DNA from: a virus
IMG/VR virus record: IMGVR_UViG_3300034109_000980
Location: 35,351 to 67,350 of that record
Reading direction: 5' to 3' (one strand)
DNA length: 32,000 nucleotides
A program made the translations under genes and the position numbers. The notes under the pieces were generated by a model. The model saw nothing but the letters and a program-made list of their open reading frames with translations. It was not told the DNA's origin and searched no databases. Of the stretch, positions 23,982 through 32,000 are shown one piece after another (the first letter of the stretch is position 1; each line of letters begins with the position of its first letter).

Positions 23982-25139
23982 TTAAGCTCCTAATTTTTGT
24001 TCGCGTTTGGCTCTAAGGATGGCGAGGCGTTCATCCTTAGAAAGCTCGTCAATGTTTCGGGTCTGAGTTGATTTGCCACCGCTAAACTTGGCTTTTGCTT
24101 TGAGCCAACTTTCGGCATCGGCAAGAATTTTTAGCGGTTCGGATTTCCACTTCTGAGCTAGGGATGACTTGGCGTGGTTAGAGTTGCAATCCTTCCCTCT
24201 GTAATGGGTGCATTTGCTTAACAGCACCCGGTAATATTCCAAAAATTCAGGGTCGGGGGAACGTTCGCCGCGCATGGCTCCGGTTTTGATAATTGCGTTC
24301 CAGGTGTTCATGTTGTCTGCGGTTGTGTCTGTTGGCAGAAATCGAGAATCAGGCTCGACGGCGGCGGGAAGTCTGACCCCCGGATTAAGATTTTGTTCAG
24401 TAGCGGTGATTTGTGTTGGGCTTTGGTGAGGAGTCAAGTCCTCTGTACCCTCTTGTCCGTGGTCTTCGTTTGAAACTAAAACGGCTTCGTTTGGAATCCC
24501 CCCCCACTCCGATTCCCCTTGGGGGGTAGGGGGGTCTTTTGAATTTAAGACTTGAATATTTAGATCATGAATTATATAAAGATCAGAGTTTAAATCTGAA
24601 CTCTGTACACTGTTTAAATCTAAACTCTGGCGGTTTAAATCTAAACTCTGGGAGGGGTTTGAATTTAAACTCTCATCGTTTATATCTAAACTCTGGGATC
24701 TGGTTTTCCTTTTGGAGCTAAAACCCTTACTAGCCTTGGCTTCCCTCAATGATTGCTCTACTTGTTCAACGTTGAATCTGTAGAGAAGGGTTTGATCTCT
24801 AGGGATTGAACTAGGTTTGCTTTCGATGAAACCCTTATTTTTCAATAGCTTCAAAGCCTCGATCACTTTGTTGCGCTTAAACGTCCCACAGATGGCATCG
24901 ACAAAGGTTTGAATCTTTTCATAGAGCCACTCGCTAGGAACCGGAGTAATTTGACCCCCGTTTTTGATTGCCTCGGCGTTTTGTTGCTCTATTCGTTCAA
25001 TCTCCCTGAATCGGTGGGCTGTCCAATACTCTAGGGAATGCAATATCTGAGCCGCGCAAGCATCCCCAGTTATTTCGAGATAATCAACACGGACAACGGA
25101 ATAGCCGCCAAAATGCTCGTCAATGATGCTGTCAATCAT
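23982..25139 (-). CDS. Putative phage replication initiator (winged-helix N-domain, repeat-bearing linker)
   Basis: WTAHRFREIERIEQQN...WLYEKIQTFVDAICGTFKRNKVIEALKLLKNKGFIESKPSSIPRDQTLLYRFN; repetitive SLDLN linker; adjacent to dnaB. Confidence 0.6.
   Translation of the reverse strand: MIDSIIDEHFGGYSVVRVDYLEITGDACAAQILHSLEYWTAHRFREIERIEQQNAEAIKNGGQITPVPSEWLYEKIQTFVDAICGTFKRNKVIEALKLLKNKGFIESKPSSIPRDQTLLYRFNVEQVEQSLREAKASKGFSSKRKTRSQSLDINDESLNSNPSQSLDLNRQSLDLNSVQSSDLNSDLYIIHDLNIQVLNSKDPPTPQGESEWGGIPNEAVLVSNEDHGQEGTEDLTPHQSPTQITATEQNLNPGVRLPAAVEPDSRFLPTDTTADNMNTWNAIIKTGAMRGERSPDPEFLEYYRVLLSKCTHYRGKDCNSNHAKSSLAQKWKSEPLKILADAESWLKAKAKFSGGKSTQTRNIDELSKDERLAILRAKREQKLGA
24588..24695. repeat. Five tandem 18-nt iteron-like repeats inside the putative initiator gene
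   Basis: GTTTAAATCTAAACTCTG-like units at 24588, 24612, 24633, 24657, 24678 (spacing 24/21/24/21 nt), next to AT-rich 24541..24587. Confidence 0.7.
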
Positions 25140-25699
25140 GCTCCCCCCAATCGTTTGTAAGCTGGTGGGCGAGGGTCACAAATGTATTGCTTCCTATCAT
25201 CTGGAAGGACTCGAAGGTAGTCATTTTTCAATCTCAAGGATTCAAAAATCAAATACTCCTCTACCCAATTACCACTCAGAAGTTGCCACCGGAAAAATAG
25301 TAAATAATCCGTTTTGTAAAGCTCGGACAAACTCCCTAATACCGAGTTATCATCTGTTTCTGAATGCCAAAGATCGTTAACTTTTAAAACCCATGGGGAA
25401 GGGTGGGAAAGAATAAAAGCCAGTATTGCGTTTGCTTTGGGACTTAGCCGACAATCGGTAAGGATTGGGCTTGTTCTATCACCGCTTCTAATGACAATCA
25501 TGCAGCCTCCACTTCCCACTTGCTGGGATGCACCAAGGCTAATCTTGTAATTGAAATAAAACTTCTCATTCGCGTCTCCCGTCCCCACGTTCTGGGGATT
25601 CATCTGTTGGTGTTGTCGCTGCAAATTTGCCATACTCAAGGGTTTGAGTTTTTGGCGGTGGGGTCTTGTTTTCTCCCCTTCCACTTCCTCTGTTGACAA
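25136..25699 (-). CDS. Hypothetical protein
   Basis: 187 aa ORF. Confidence 0.45.
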   Translation of the reverse strand: MSTEEVEGEKTRPHRQKLKPLSMANLQRQHQQMNPQNVGTGDANEKFYFNYKISLGASQQVGSGGCMIVIRSGDRTSPILTDCRLSPKANAILAFILSHPSPWVLKVNDLWHSETDDNSVLGSLSELYKTDYLLFFRWQLLSGNWVEEYLIFESLRLKNDYLRVLPDDRKQYICDPRPPAYKRLGGA

Positions 25700-26140
25700 A
25701 ATCTAATAAGTAGGTTGAGGAAATCATGACGATCAAGGTTGATCCGATTGCAAGTTGAAATAGTTGAAACTTCATTTTTGATTGGCTACGATGGATTTTA
25801 CTCTTACAGGGTTTTGGGTTGTTGACTTCTTGCTTTTTGTAGTTAAGTTGGAGTCAATCTTTGAAAGGAAACCAAGGGGGAAGGCTTGAAACTTCGCCCC
25901 GGCTTTTGACAAGTAAATAGGTATCTACAATCAGACCGTTTTCGTTTTTATATAGGCAATTTCTCCCGTTTCAATAAATTGTTGGTTTTAACCCTAAAAT
26001 TTCAACAAAGCTAAATCCGGTTCTGGAAACCCCTTTTGTTCTCGCAGTCCATCAGGGGGTAGCTTCGTTGTTTCTAGGGAGCTAGGGATTTGGTCAGATG
26101 GTCTTGCCAAATTCCTTGACTATTGCTATGATAAACGAAG

Positions 26141-26165
26141 AATCTTATAATGTCAATATAAGAAA
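26141..26165. promoter_or_regulatory. Operator-like inverted repeat upstream of regulator gene
   Basis: AATCTTATAAT-GTC-AATATAAGAAA, same half-site and 3-bp spacer as 26477..26501. Confidence 0.55.
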
Positions 26166-26203
26166 AGATAAAAAAAAGTAACGGTGGCACGGATGGAGAA
26201 ATT

Positions 26204-26464
26204 ATGATTCCTTATAGTCGGGTCTTGATGATTTCCTGGGATAAGAAGGCTGGCGCAGCACTAAGAAAGATTAGAGATGCTACAAAATTATCGCGTCGGC
26301 AGTTGGCTGAATTAACCAATGGAACAGTCTCGGAGCCAACGATCATTAAATTAGAGCTTGGAGAAGTTGAGGCTGTGAGTAGAGAAAAGCTGGATGCTTT
26401 GCTGTGGAGTCTTGGCAGTGACATTAGTTCAGTCTTCCCTACGGTACTTGTAAAAAACTTTTGA
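26204..26464 (+). CDS. XRE-family HTH transcriptional regulator
   Basis: AGAALRKIRDATKLSRRQLAELTNGTVSEPTIIKLELGEVEAVSREKLDALLWSLG. Confidence 0.8.
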   Translation: MIPYSRVLMISWDKKAGAALRKIRDATKLSRRQLAELTNGTVSEPTIIKLELGEVEAVSREKLDALLWSLGSDISSVFPTVLVKNF

Positions 26465-26471
26465 AAATCGC

Positions 26472-26501
26472 TTGACAATCTTATAATACCATTATAAGAT
26501 T
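26472..26501 (+). promoter_or_regulatory. Strong promoter overlapped by a perfect 11-bp inverted-repeat operator
   Basis: TTGACA-N17-TAAGAT; AATCTTATAAT-ACC-ATTATAAGATT (26477..26501). Confidence 0.7.
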
Positions 26502-26586
26502 GTAGATACAAAGCCAAAAGCGGTCAGCACCCAGATTTCTGAGGTCAAATGCCAACCGCCTTACGGGATAAACCCAATCAAAAACA

Positions 26587-27090
26587 ATGATAGCAACAAT
26601 TTCAACCGATGATCAAATTAAGTCCATTATTTCCCCTGAAATCATGGCACTGGCATTAGACCCGGCGATCGCAGTCCAAGTCATAGCTTGGGATACGTTT
26701 GGGGAAATCAACCCTACACCTGACGCAATTATGGGTATTTTTACTAATCACGACATTTTTAAATTTGTATTAGCAGATGGCGGTGCGATTCTGATTGGGG
26801 CTGATCAGTTCCTAAATTACTGGGAACAGATTCAACAATCAAAACCTGTTACTGAACCCTCACCCTCTCAAGAAACGATTGTGGCACTAGCCAAACAACA
26901 GGGAACGGCAGTTTATGAATCAGGAACAAAACTAGGCTTCATAGTCCAGTACAAATCTGATTTTTACGCTGTTTCCGAGATGTTAGTTCACGGAAAAGGG
27001 TATCAATACAGCACGTCCCGCCATAGCTCATTTCAACTCGCCGCCGACTGCTTAATTGAGCAGTCATGGACTGAGGAGGAGGTGGCGTGA
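26587..27090 (+). CDS. Hypothetical protein
   Basis: 167 aa ORF downstream of strong promoter. Confidence 0.55.
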   Translation: MIATISTDDQIKSIISPEIMALALDPAIAVQVIAWDTFGEINPTPDAIMGIFTNHDIFKFVLADGGAILIGADQFLNYWEQIQQSKPVTEPSPSQETIVALAKQQGTAVYESGTKLGFIVQYKSDFYAVSEMLVHGKGYQYSTSRHSSFQLAADCLIEQSWTEEEVA

Positions 27091-27290
27091 TGGATGATGT
27101 CAAAGAGTTAGCTGAAAGATTCGTCGAATTAATAGAAGAACGCGACTTCATTGTCGAGTTCAACGAAACCTATAACGACCGATGTATTGAGATTGACGAT
27201 GTTTTGATCCCTGCAATTATTAAGCAGATTCCACAGGGAACAATGAATGAGTTTAACGAATTAATTAATTCAATTCTTGGAGAAAACTAA
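27087..27290 (+). CDS. Small acidic hypothetical protein
   Basis: 67 aa, 4-nt coupling to previous ORF. Confidence 0.45.
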   Translation: MMDDVKELAERFVELIEERDFIVEFNETYNDRCIEIDDVLIPAIIKQIPQGTMNEFNELINSILGEN

Positions 27291-27510
27291 CATGGACAGA
27301 AAAAATTTAGATAGAGCCTATGAGATCGGATCTGATCGTGGATCTAGTTTAAGTCTGGATTATTTTTTAAATCCAGCGGGGGACATTTTTATCAAGAACC
27401 CCAACGATTCAGGGGGAATTATTCTATTTGCTGACGGTAGCGACAGATTCTTTTCTGAAATGCCGGATGACGATTTTTGTCCTTTTGATATGTACAAAGC
27501 ACGCAACTAA
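27277..27510 (+). CDS. Small hypothetical protein
   Basis: 77 aa, overlaps previous ORF by 14 nt. Confidence 0.45.
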   Translation: MEKTNMDRKNLDRAYEIGSDRGSSLSLDYFLNPAGDIFIKNPNDSGGIILFADGSDRFFSEMPDDDFCPFDMYKARN

Positions 27511-27511
27511 T

Positions 27512-27570
27512 AATCACCCTTCCCTTACGCTTCATAAATACCTTGATTTGTGAAGCGTTGGGGTGGTGCG
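27512..27570. terminator. Long hairpin, terminator-like or structured leader
   Basis: CACCC...ACGCTTCA...TGAAGCGT...GGGGTG nested complementarity. Confidence 0.4.
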
Positions 27571-27609
27571 ATTAAGCCCGAATTAAACTTAACAGAAATC
27601 AAGGAACAA

Positions 27610-28461
27610 ATGACTTCAACTATTGACCGTATTGACCAAGATCAATCAATACAAATCCAGCGCGATGAATTTGCATCGGAGGAATATTTAGACCCTAACG
27701 CACGGCTCCCCCGGATTCAAGCATTGAGAGGGGCAACCCCTAAGCAGTGTGGGTACTTTATCGAGATTAATCAAGCTGCAAAAGCTGGATGGTTAAACTT
27801 CGATGAAAAAACCTTAGTTGATTATTCCTTTGAAAGTTCAGGGGAAACTGAGCAGGGTATTTTATTTAACAAAATGCGGATGTTGGTATGCCCTCGGACT
27901 CCCGTTTTAGCATTAGATAAAGCTGCAACCAAAGAGCAGCAACAAAACGTTTTTACAGGTTACTACAAGAAAGCTATATATGGAGCAGACGAAAACTTTA
28001 CCAACTTTCAAGCGTTTGAAGTCCTATTATTGGACAAGGAAAACAAACCACTGCATCAAGTTCCACTTAGCCTCAAATTGAAAGGTGCGGCTCAAGCATC
28101 ATTTTCACAAAAATGGCAAGAATTTGTCCAGAAGATTACATCTTGTCACGCCATTTCCTGTGGAATCCCAGCTAGTGAAAAGGCAATGACGTTCAAATCT
28201 CTTTGTGTGTTTGCGTTTGAAGTGAAACGCGAAATGGCAGGGGATAAAACCAAGTCACCCGCCTGCAAAGTCACAGGCTACGAAGTCCCAACGCTCGAAA
28301 GTTGGAAAAACTACTTTGTTGGCTACGACACCCAGACTAAGGAATTTGTCTGGCAAGGATTACAGCCTAAACGCCCCTTGATTCAACCCGAACAAATTAT
28401 GGCGGCGCTACCCCCTGTTAGTGATGTGGAAGCATTGGCGGCTGCGGGTATTGATTTCTAA
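27610..28461 (+). CDS. DUF5895-like cyanobacterial protein (name from memory)
   Basis: Likely start MTSTIDRIDQDQS (track start 27550 lies in the hairpin); LPRIQALRGATPKQCGYFI...NKMRMLVCPRTPVLALD. Confidence 0.5.
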   Translation: MTSTIDRIDQDQSIQIQRDEFASEEYLDPNARLPRIQALRGATPKQCGYFIEINQAAKAGWLNFDEKTLVDYSFESSGETEQGILFNKMRMLVCPRTPVLALDKAATKEQQQNVFTGYYKKAIYGADENFTNFQAFEVLLLDKENKPLHQVPLSLKLKGAAQASFSQKWQEFVQKITSCHAISCGIPASEKAMTFKSLCVFAFEVKREMAGDKTKSPACKVTGYEVPTLESWKNYFVGYDTQTKEFVWQGLQPKRPLIQPEQIMAALPPVSDVEALAAAGIDF

Positions 28462-28581
28462 ATAATTGCCTTGACTCTTAACTCAACTCCGGGGGTGAAA
28501 TTCCCCCAATTCAAATACATCAAGAATGGTGTATGTAACAATTTAGATTAATAAACAAATCAACCAAAGGAAAAAAATATC

Positions 28582-28917
28582 ATGTTAGATAATTTAATTG
28601 TCGGTGGCAAATACACAATACATTTCATCTTTGAACAGTTTTATAAAAAAACTGAAACGTTAGTTTTAAACTCGTTTCATTATGAAATATCTGAGATTAA
28701 AAAAACCGATTCAGGATTGCTAATCAAATGCAAACGTAAAGGTCAATTTTACGAAACAGAACTTAGTGCCATCGGGCATTTCGTAGTTACAGAAAATTGG
28801 GTTAAAAATCCAAAGATTAATTGTGAAAAGCTCAGAGGTTTACCACTCAACGAGATTCTAAAAATCAAAATGAAAGAGATAGGTATTGAAGAATCTGATT
28901 TCTTGTACCAACAATAA
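28582..28917 (+). CDS. Hypothetical protein
   Basis: 111 aa; AAAGGAAAAA upstream. Confidence 0.45.
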   Translation: MLDNLIVGGKYTIHFIFEQFYKKTETLVLNSFHYEISEIKKTDSGLLIKCKRKGQFYETELSAIGHFVVTENWVKNPKINCEKLRGLPLNEILKIKMKEIGIEESDFLYQQ

Positions 28918-29023
28918 ACCTTTATGGGAATTGGCGATCGCATAACTTCAACTCAACAGAAAGGAGGTGATGTTTAGACGAGGATCATCAGTCATCTGGT
29001 GTTTGTGTAAGTAAGACGAATCA

Positions 29024-29058
29024 GGGGTAGGAAAGACCCTTTATCTACCCCATTTTTT
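29024..29058 (+). terminator. Rho-independent terminator
   Basis: GGGGTAG-N14-CTACCCC-A-TTTTTT. Confidence 0.75.
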
Positions 29059-29078
29059 AACAAATTAACAGGAGGATA

Positions 29079-29264
29079 ATGAGCGAATTTAAAGGATTTG
29101 TAGTCAAGAATAGTTTAGGTCAAGTTGTATTTTCAAGTTCAAGACACAGCGAAGCACGGAAAGAATGCGAACGTCTGAACCTAGAAGGAAAAGACAAATT
29201 CACCATTGAAGAAAACTGGAAAGGAACCCCGACAAGCGTAATCACCAGAACAAGGAAAATATGA
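29079..29264 (+). CDS. Small hypothetical protein
   Basis: 61 aa; ACAGGAGG upstream. Confidence 0.5.
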   Translation: MSEFKGFVVKNSLGQVVFSSSRHSEARKECERLNLEGKDKFTIEENWKGTPTSVITRTRKI

Positions 29265-29551
29265 GAAAAACAATTACAACACAGACAATTTATGGACTAG
29301 GAAAAGCTCAAGCCACAGCTAGAAAATGGTTGGCAGTTAACCGACTTGATGATGATTATTGGGGGATAACTTATATTCCGTTTGGGGTACGTTTTCCTGG
29401 TTGGTTTGCTACAAAAAGAGATGCGATCGCAGCGTCAAAAATAGCAAGGAGAATATTCCCTTATCCATTCAAAAATAACGAACACCTGATGCCAACAGAG
29501 GCGCAGTGGTTTGAGGTTTTAAAAGACAATGCAATTCCATTTATTAGATAG
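29261..29551 (+). CDS. Hypothetical protein
   Basis: 96 aa, ATGA coupling to previous gene. Confidence 0.45.
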   Translation: MRKTITTQTIYGLGKAQATARKWLAVNRLDDDYWGITYIPFGVRFPGWFATKRDAIAASKIARRIFPYPFKNNEHLMPTEAQWFEVLKDNAIPFIR

Positions 29552-29560
29552 GAGAATCTC

Positions 29561-29959
29561 ATGTTACAAGTTGAACCCGAGTCTGAATCAATTGATAACG
29601 TTATTCAGTTTGCAGACAAGTCCCCTGTTGAAAAGAATCAGGGAACAATGATGAACAAACAGGGAAAACTACACTTAGACATCTATAACTTGCAGTGTGA
29701 CTTGATATCAGGGGGGATCAATAAATTTACTTACATCCTCTATATGATTCGCCTTCTTTATGGGACTGAGAAGGATATAAAAATCACCCTAGAGAATTTA
29801 ATTGAAGTCCTGAATTGTGATGGAGTCACCCCATTGGGAGCCGAGAAAAAGATTCAATTTGAAATAGCAGACGTTCAGGTTGAGTTAGCAAAGATGAGTA
29901 AAAAGGGTTTGCTGACAAGCTACGAGGTTCCCATTCAATTAAATATTACAAGCCTATGA
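29561..29959 (+). CDS. Hypothetical protein
   Basis: 132 aa; AGGAGAATCTC upstream. Confidence 0.45.
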   Translation: MLQVEPESESIDNVIQFADKSPVEKNQGTMMNKQGKLHLDIYNLQCDLISGGINKFTYILYMIRLLYGTEKDIKITLENLIEVLNCDGVTPLGAEKKIQFEIADVQVELAKMSKKGLLTSYEVPIQLNITSL

Positions 29960-29992
29960 TTGCCACTACTCAGACCCTAGAGGATTAAAACA

Positions 29993-30166
29993 ATGAAATT
30001 ATTTGATCGGATGCGCGACGAAACCCGTGGCGGAATCTATGACGGAATCCATGACTGCACAGTTAACTTTAAAATATGGTGGAATCTTGTCTACCGCAAA
30101 AGTCGCTACGACTACCAGATCATTGCTTTTTGGTATTGGTTGAATTATCGTTCAGAAGGTAGTTGA
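29993..30166 (+). CDS. 57-aa hypothetical protein (not in supplied ORF track)
   Basis: MKLFDRMRDETRGGIYDGIHDCTVNFKIWWNLVYRKSRYDYQIIAFWYWLNYRSEGS*; AGAGGA upstream, directly followed by ORF at 30168. Confidence 0.45.
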   Translation: MKLFDRMRDETRGGIYDGIHDCTVNFKIWWNLVYRKSRYDYQIIAFWYWLNYRSEGS

Positions 30167-30167
30167 A

Positions 30168-30500
30168 ATGAAAAAATCAGTATCGTGGCGTGATCATGCG
30201 ATTAATCGAATATCAAACTCCCTCCTTGAGTATGAGATGCAATGCGCTTGTTTGGGCGAACAAACCAACTCTAAGGATGCCCGGAAGTATTGCAACGACC
30301 GCTACCCCTTCGGAATCAGGGAACATTCACCCTACAAGATATGGCTTGAGGAACTGCGGTTAATTCAAAAGTTTATCGCGCTAGGCAAGCCATTTAAAAC
30401 CTACCCTCACTGGCGAAATTGTGTGAACTCTAGGGGGGAGTCGTGGAACAATCCCAAAAGTAAAACGGTAGTCAGTGAAGGTCAATTAAGTTTGTTTTAG
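30168..30500 (+). CDS. Hypothetical phage protein with C-terminal clamp-binding-like motif
   Basis: 110 aa ending EGQLSLF*. Confidence 0.5.
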   Translation: MKKSVSWRDHAINRISNSLLEYEMQCACLGEQTNSKDARKYCNDRYPFGIREHSPYKIWLEELRLIQKFIALGKPFKTYPHWRNCVNSRGESWNNPKSKTVVSEGQLSLF

Positions 30501-30518
30501 TCCCGGTAACTCCAAAGA

Positions 30519-30544
30519 AGCTCACTCTACCTAGTGGGCTTTTC
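30519..30544. terminator. Bidirectional terminator between convergent genes
   Basis: AGCTCACT-N6-AGTGGGCT-TTTC. Confidence 0.6.
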
Positions 30545-30781
30545 TTGATCGTCATCTGAATCATTGACAATCTTTTTAATAAATTCCTCAATAGTTAATC
30601 CTTCATCCTCAGACCGAGACTTTAACATCGCCACAATTTGTTGGTCGTTTGCTTCTATTCGAGCTTGCAATACGTTACCCGCCAAGGTTGTGGGTGCTAC
30701 ACCCTTGAGTGCTGCCCATTCCCTTAATCGCTTATTATGCCACGCAGGGATCTTAATCGTAATTCTATACCTTTTGTCCAT
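30527..30781 (-). CDS. Small DNA-binding (Arc/CopG-like) protein
   Basis: YRITIKIPAWHNKRLREWAALKGVAPTTLAGNVLQARIE pattern. Confidence 0.5.
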   Translation of the reverse strand: MDKRYRITIKIPAWHNKRLREWAALKGVAPTTLAGNVLQARIEANDQQIVAMLKSRSEDEGLTIEEFIKKIVNDSDDDQEKPTR

Positions 30782-30909
30782 TGTTTTTTTATGTCGTTTA
30801 GCATATAATCAGCATAACATTAACACAAATACTGAAAGGGGCTGACCGGATATCAGCCGATCAGCCCCACCCCAACCCATTCTTTAACCCATAAGTTGAG
30901 GCTATTACA

Positions 30910-31098
30910 ATGTTTGCACAAAGCGACCGTATTAACCCAGTTCATTTACTGCAAAGTCGGTTAGGTTGGACTATCGAAAAGATAGCCGAAGAAATGGATT
31001 ATTCTGTAAGCGCAGTTAGCAAATGGAGTTCAGGCGATCGCAACCCATCACCAAGAGCTATAAAAGAAGCCCAGAAAGTATTAGCCAACTACCAATGA
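30910..31098 (+). CDS. Small HTH protein
   Basis: NPVHLLQSRLGWTIEKIAEEMDYSVSAVSKWSSGDRNPSPRAIKEAQKV. Confidence 0.6.
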   Translation: MFAQSDRINPVHLLQSRLGWTIEKIAEEMDYSVSAVSKWSSGDRNPSPRAIKEAQKVLANYQ

Positions 31099-31121
31099 CA
31101 AATTGAAAACTCAAAACCAAA

Positions 31122-31154
31122 CCCTCTCCAGTCCTTTACTGCGGAGGGTTTTTT
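31122..31154 (+). terminator. Rho-independent terminator
   Basis: CCCTC...GAGGG followed by TTTTTT. Confidence 0.65.
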
Positions 31155-31286
31155 AGTGTCTATCAATCTTGTTCACAAGTGCAATCACAAGTGAATTGTC
31201 GCCCCTTTGATATGGGTTTATTGTTGGTACATCAGGTTAAATCAAGCCTGAGTCAATCTAAGAAGGAGAGGTGTACTAAACCATGA

Positions 31287-31757
31287 ATGGCTAATTTTGA
31301 GACAAGGAAAGGGGGAACCCGAAAGATGATACACCTCAAAGACGAAGACGCTTTACAGCCTTTTTCCTCAGAGGAAATCCAGTTAATCTTTAAAGTTTCT
31401 CACCAGACTATTGCCGAACGCAAAGGGATATTGGGGATTAAAAGAAAACCTGTAGGATGGGCAGAATTAAACGTTTTATACCTCCTACATATCTTTGTTA
31501 GTTCCAAATATCAACATCATACCTATTACCAGTTCCAAAGCCTCTATCACCACTGTTTAAACAACGGTTTATCTATCGAGATAGAAGTTTTCCAGAAGAT
31601 GTTAATGCTAAACACAACACAACTATTTAAGGAGTTTAAAGTCGATGTCCTATCAAGAATCACAAGCTACCGACAACAACACTCAACCGGAACTTACCGA
31701 GTTGTATCAGAACTCACGGAAACCCCAAACCCAGGCGGAACAGCCGAAACAGCCTAA
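31287..31757 (+). CDS. Hypothetical protein with HTH-like segment
   Basis: 156 aa; FSSEEIQLIFKVSHQTIAERKGILGIKRK. Confidence 0.45.
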   Translation: MANFETRKGGTRKMIHLKDEDALQPFSSEEIQLIFKVSHQTIAERKGILGIKRKPVGWAELNVLYLLHIFVSSKYQHHTYYQFQSLYHHCLNNGLSIEIEVFQKMLMLNTTQLFKEFKVDVLSRITSYRQQHSTGTYRVVSELTETPNPGGTAETA

Positions 31758-32000
31758 ATCAGCTATCACCAAAGGGAGTACAACAGATCAACTCAATGAT
31801 GCAGTTGTTAAGACCCAAAAGAAAGCTAAAGATAACGCGATCGTTAACACTAAAGCCGTTATTGTTGCGGGTCAAAACTCCGGGCGGGAAGATGCTAAAC
31901 TATTTAAAAAAGCAAAACAATTGGCTTTCTTAAATGAAATTGCAGACGATGAAATCGAGTCTGCTAAGGCTTTATTGGTTGGGATTCCTGAGTATAAGAA
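31645..32000 (+). CDS. Hypothetical protein, start of an ORF running off the window
   Basis: Hand translation MSYQESQATDNNTQPELTELYQNSRKPQTQAEQPKQPKSAITKGSTTDQLNDAVVKTQKKAKDNAIVNTKAVIVAGQNSG...; overlaps 31287..31757 in another frame; GGAG 5' of ATG. Confidence 0.45.
   Translation, partial: MSYQESQATDNNTQPELTELYQNSRKPQTQAEQPKQPKSAITKGSTTDQLNDAVVKTQKKAKDNAIVNTKAVIVAGQNSGREDAKLFKKAKQLAFLNEIADDEIESAKALLVGIPEYK

Noticed and set aside
28960-28971. 3' end of a 16S rRNA gene on the minus strand
   Set aside because: Only the terminal 12 nt match; the conserved GGCTGG upstream is missing.

Overview
The window looks like part of a cyanophage or prophage (possibly a phage-plasmid) of a HIP1-containing filamentous cyanobacterium. 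Left block (+): portal, tail-fibre-like protein, small membrane proteins and a Rha-type regulator. Middle block (mostly -): small accessory genes, an XRE/ImmA + PIN-like pair, a PAPS-reductase-like protein, ThyX, a C5 DNA methyltransferase, DnaB and a putative initiator; embedded on + are a small NblA-like gene (absent from the ORF track) and a dTMP kinase. Right block (+): a regulator and early small genes. The most notable locus is 16.4-19.35 kb. It has a 14-copy array of an unstructured 36-nt repeat with 13 spacers and no cas genes in view. The array lies immediately downstream of, and compatible with co-orientation to, a complete IscB (PLMP-like/RuvC/HNH). Upstream of iscB is a ~250-nt non-coding region whose predicted transcript would start at a stretch complementary to the array repeat. 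This reads as a CRISPR-associated IscB with a trans-acting, tracrRNA-like omega RNA. Other leads: iteron-like repeats inside the initiator gene, paired operators around a regulator, terminal sliding-clamp motifs on two phage proteins, and a tRNA-Pro-like 3' fragment. All similarity statements are from reading the sequence; no searches were run.
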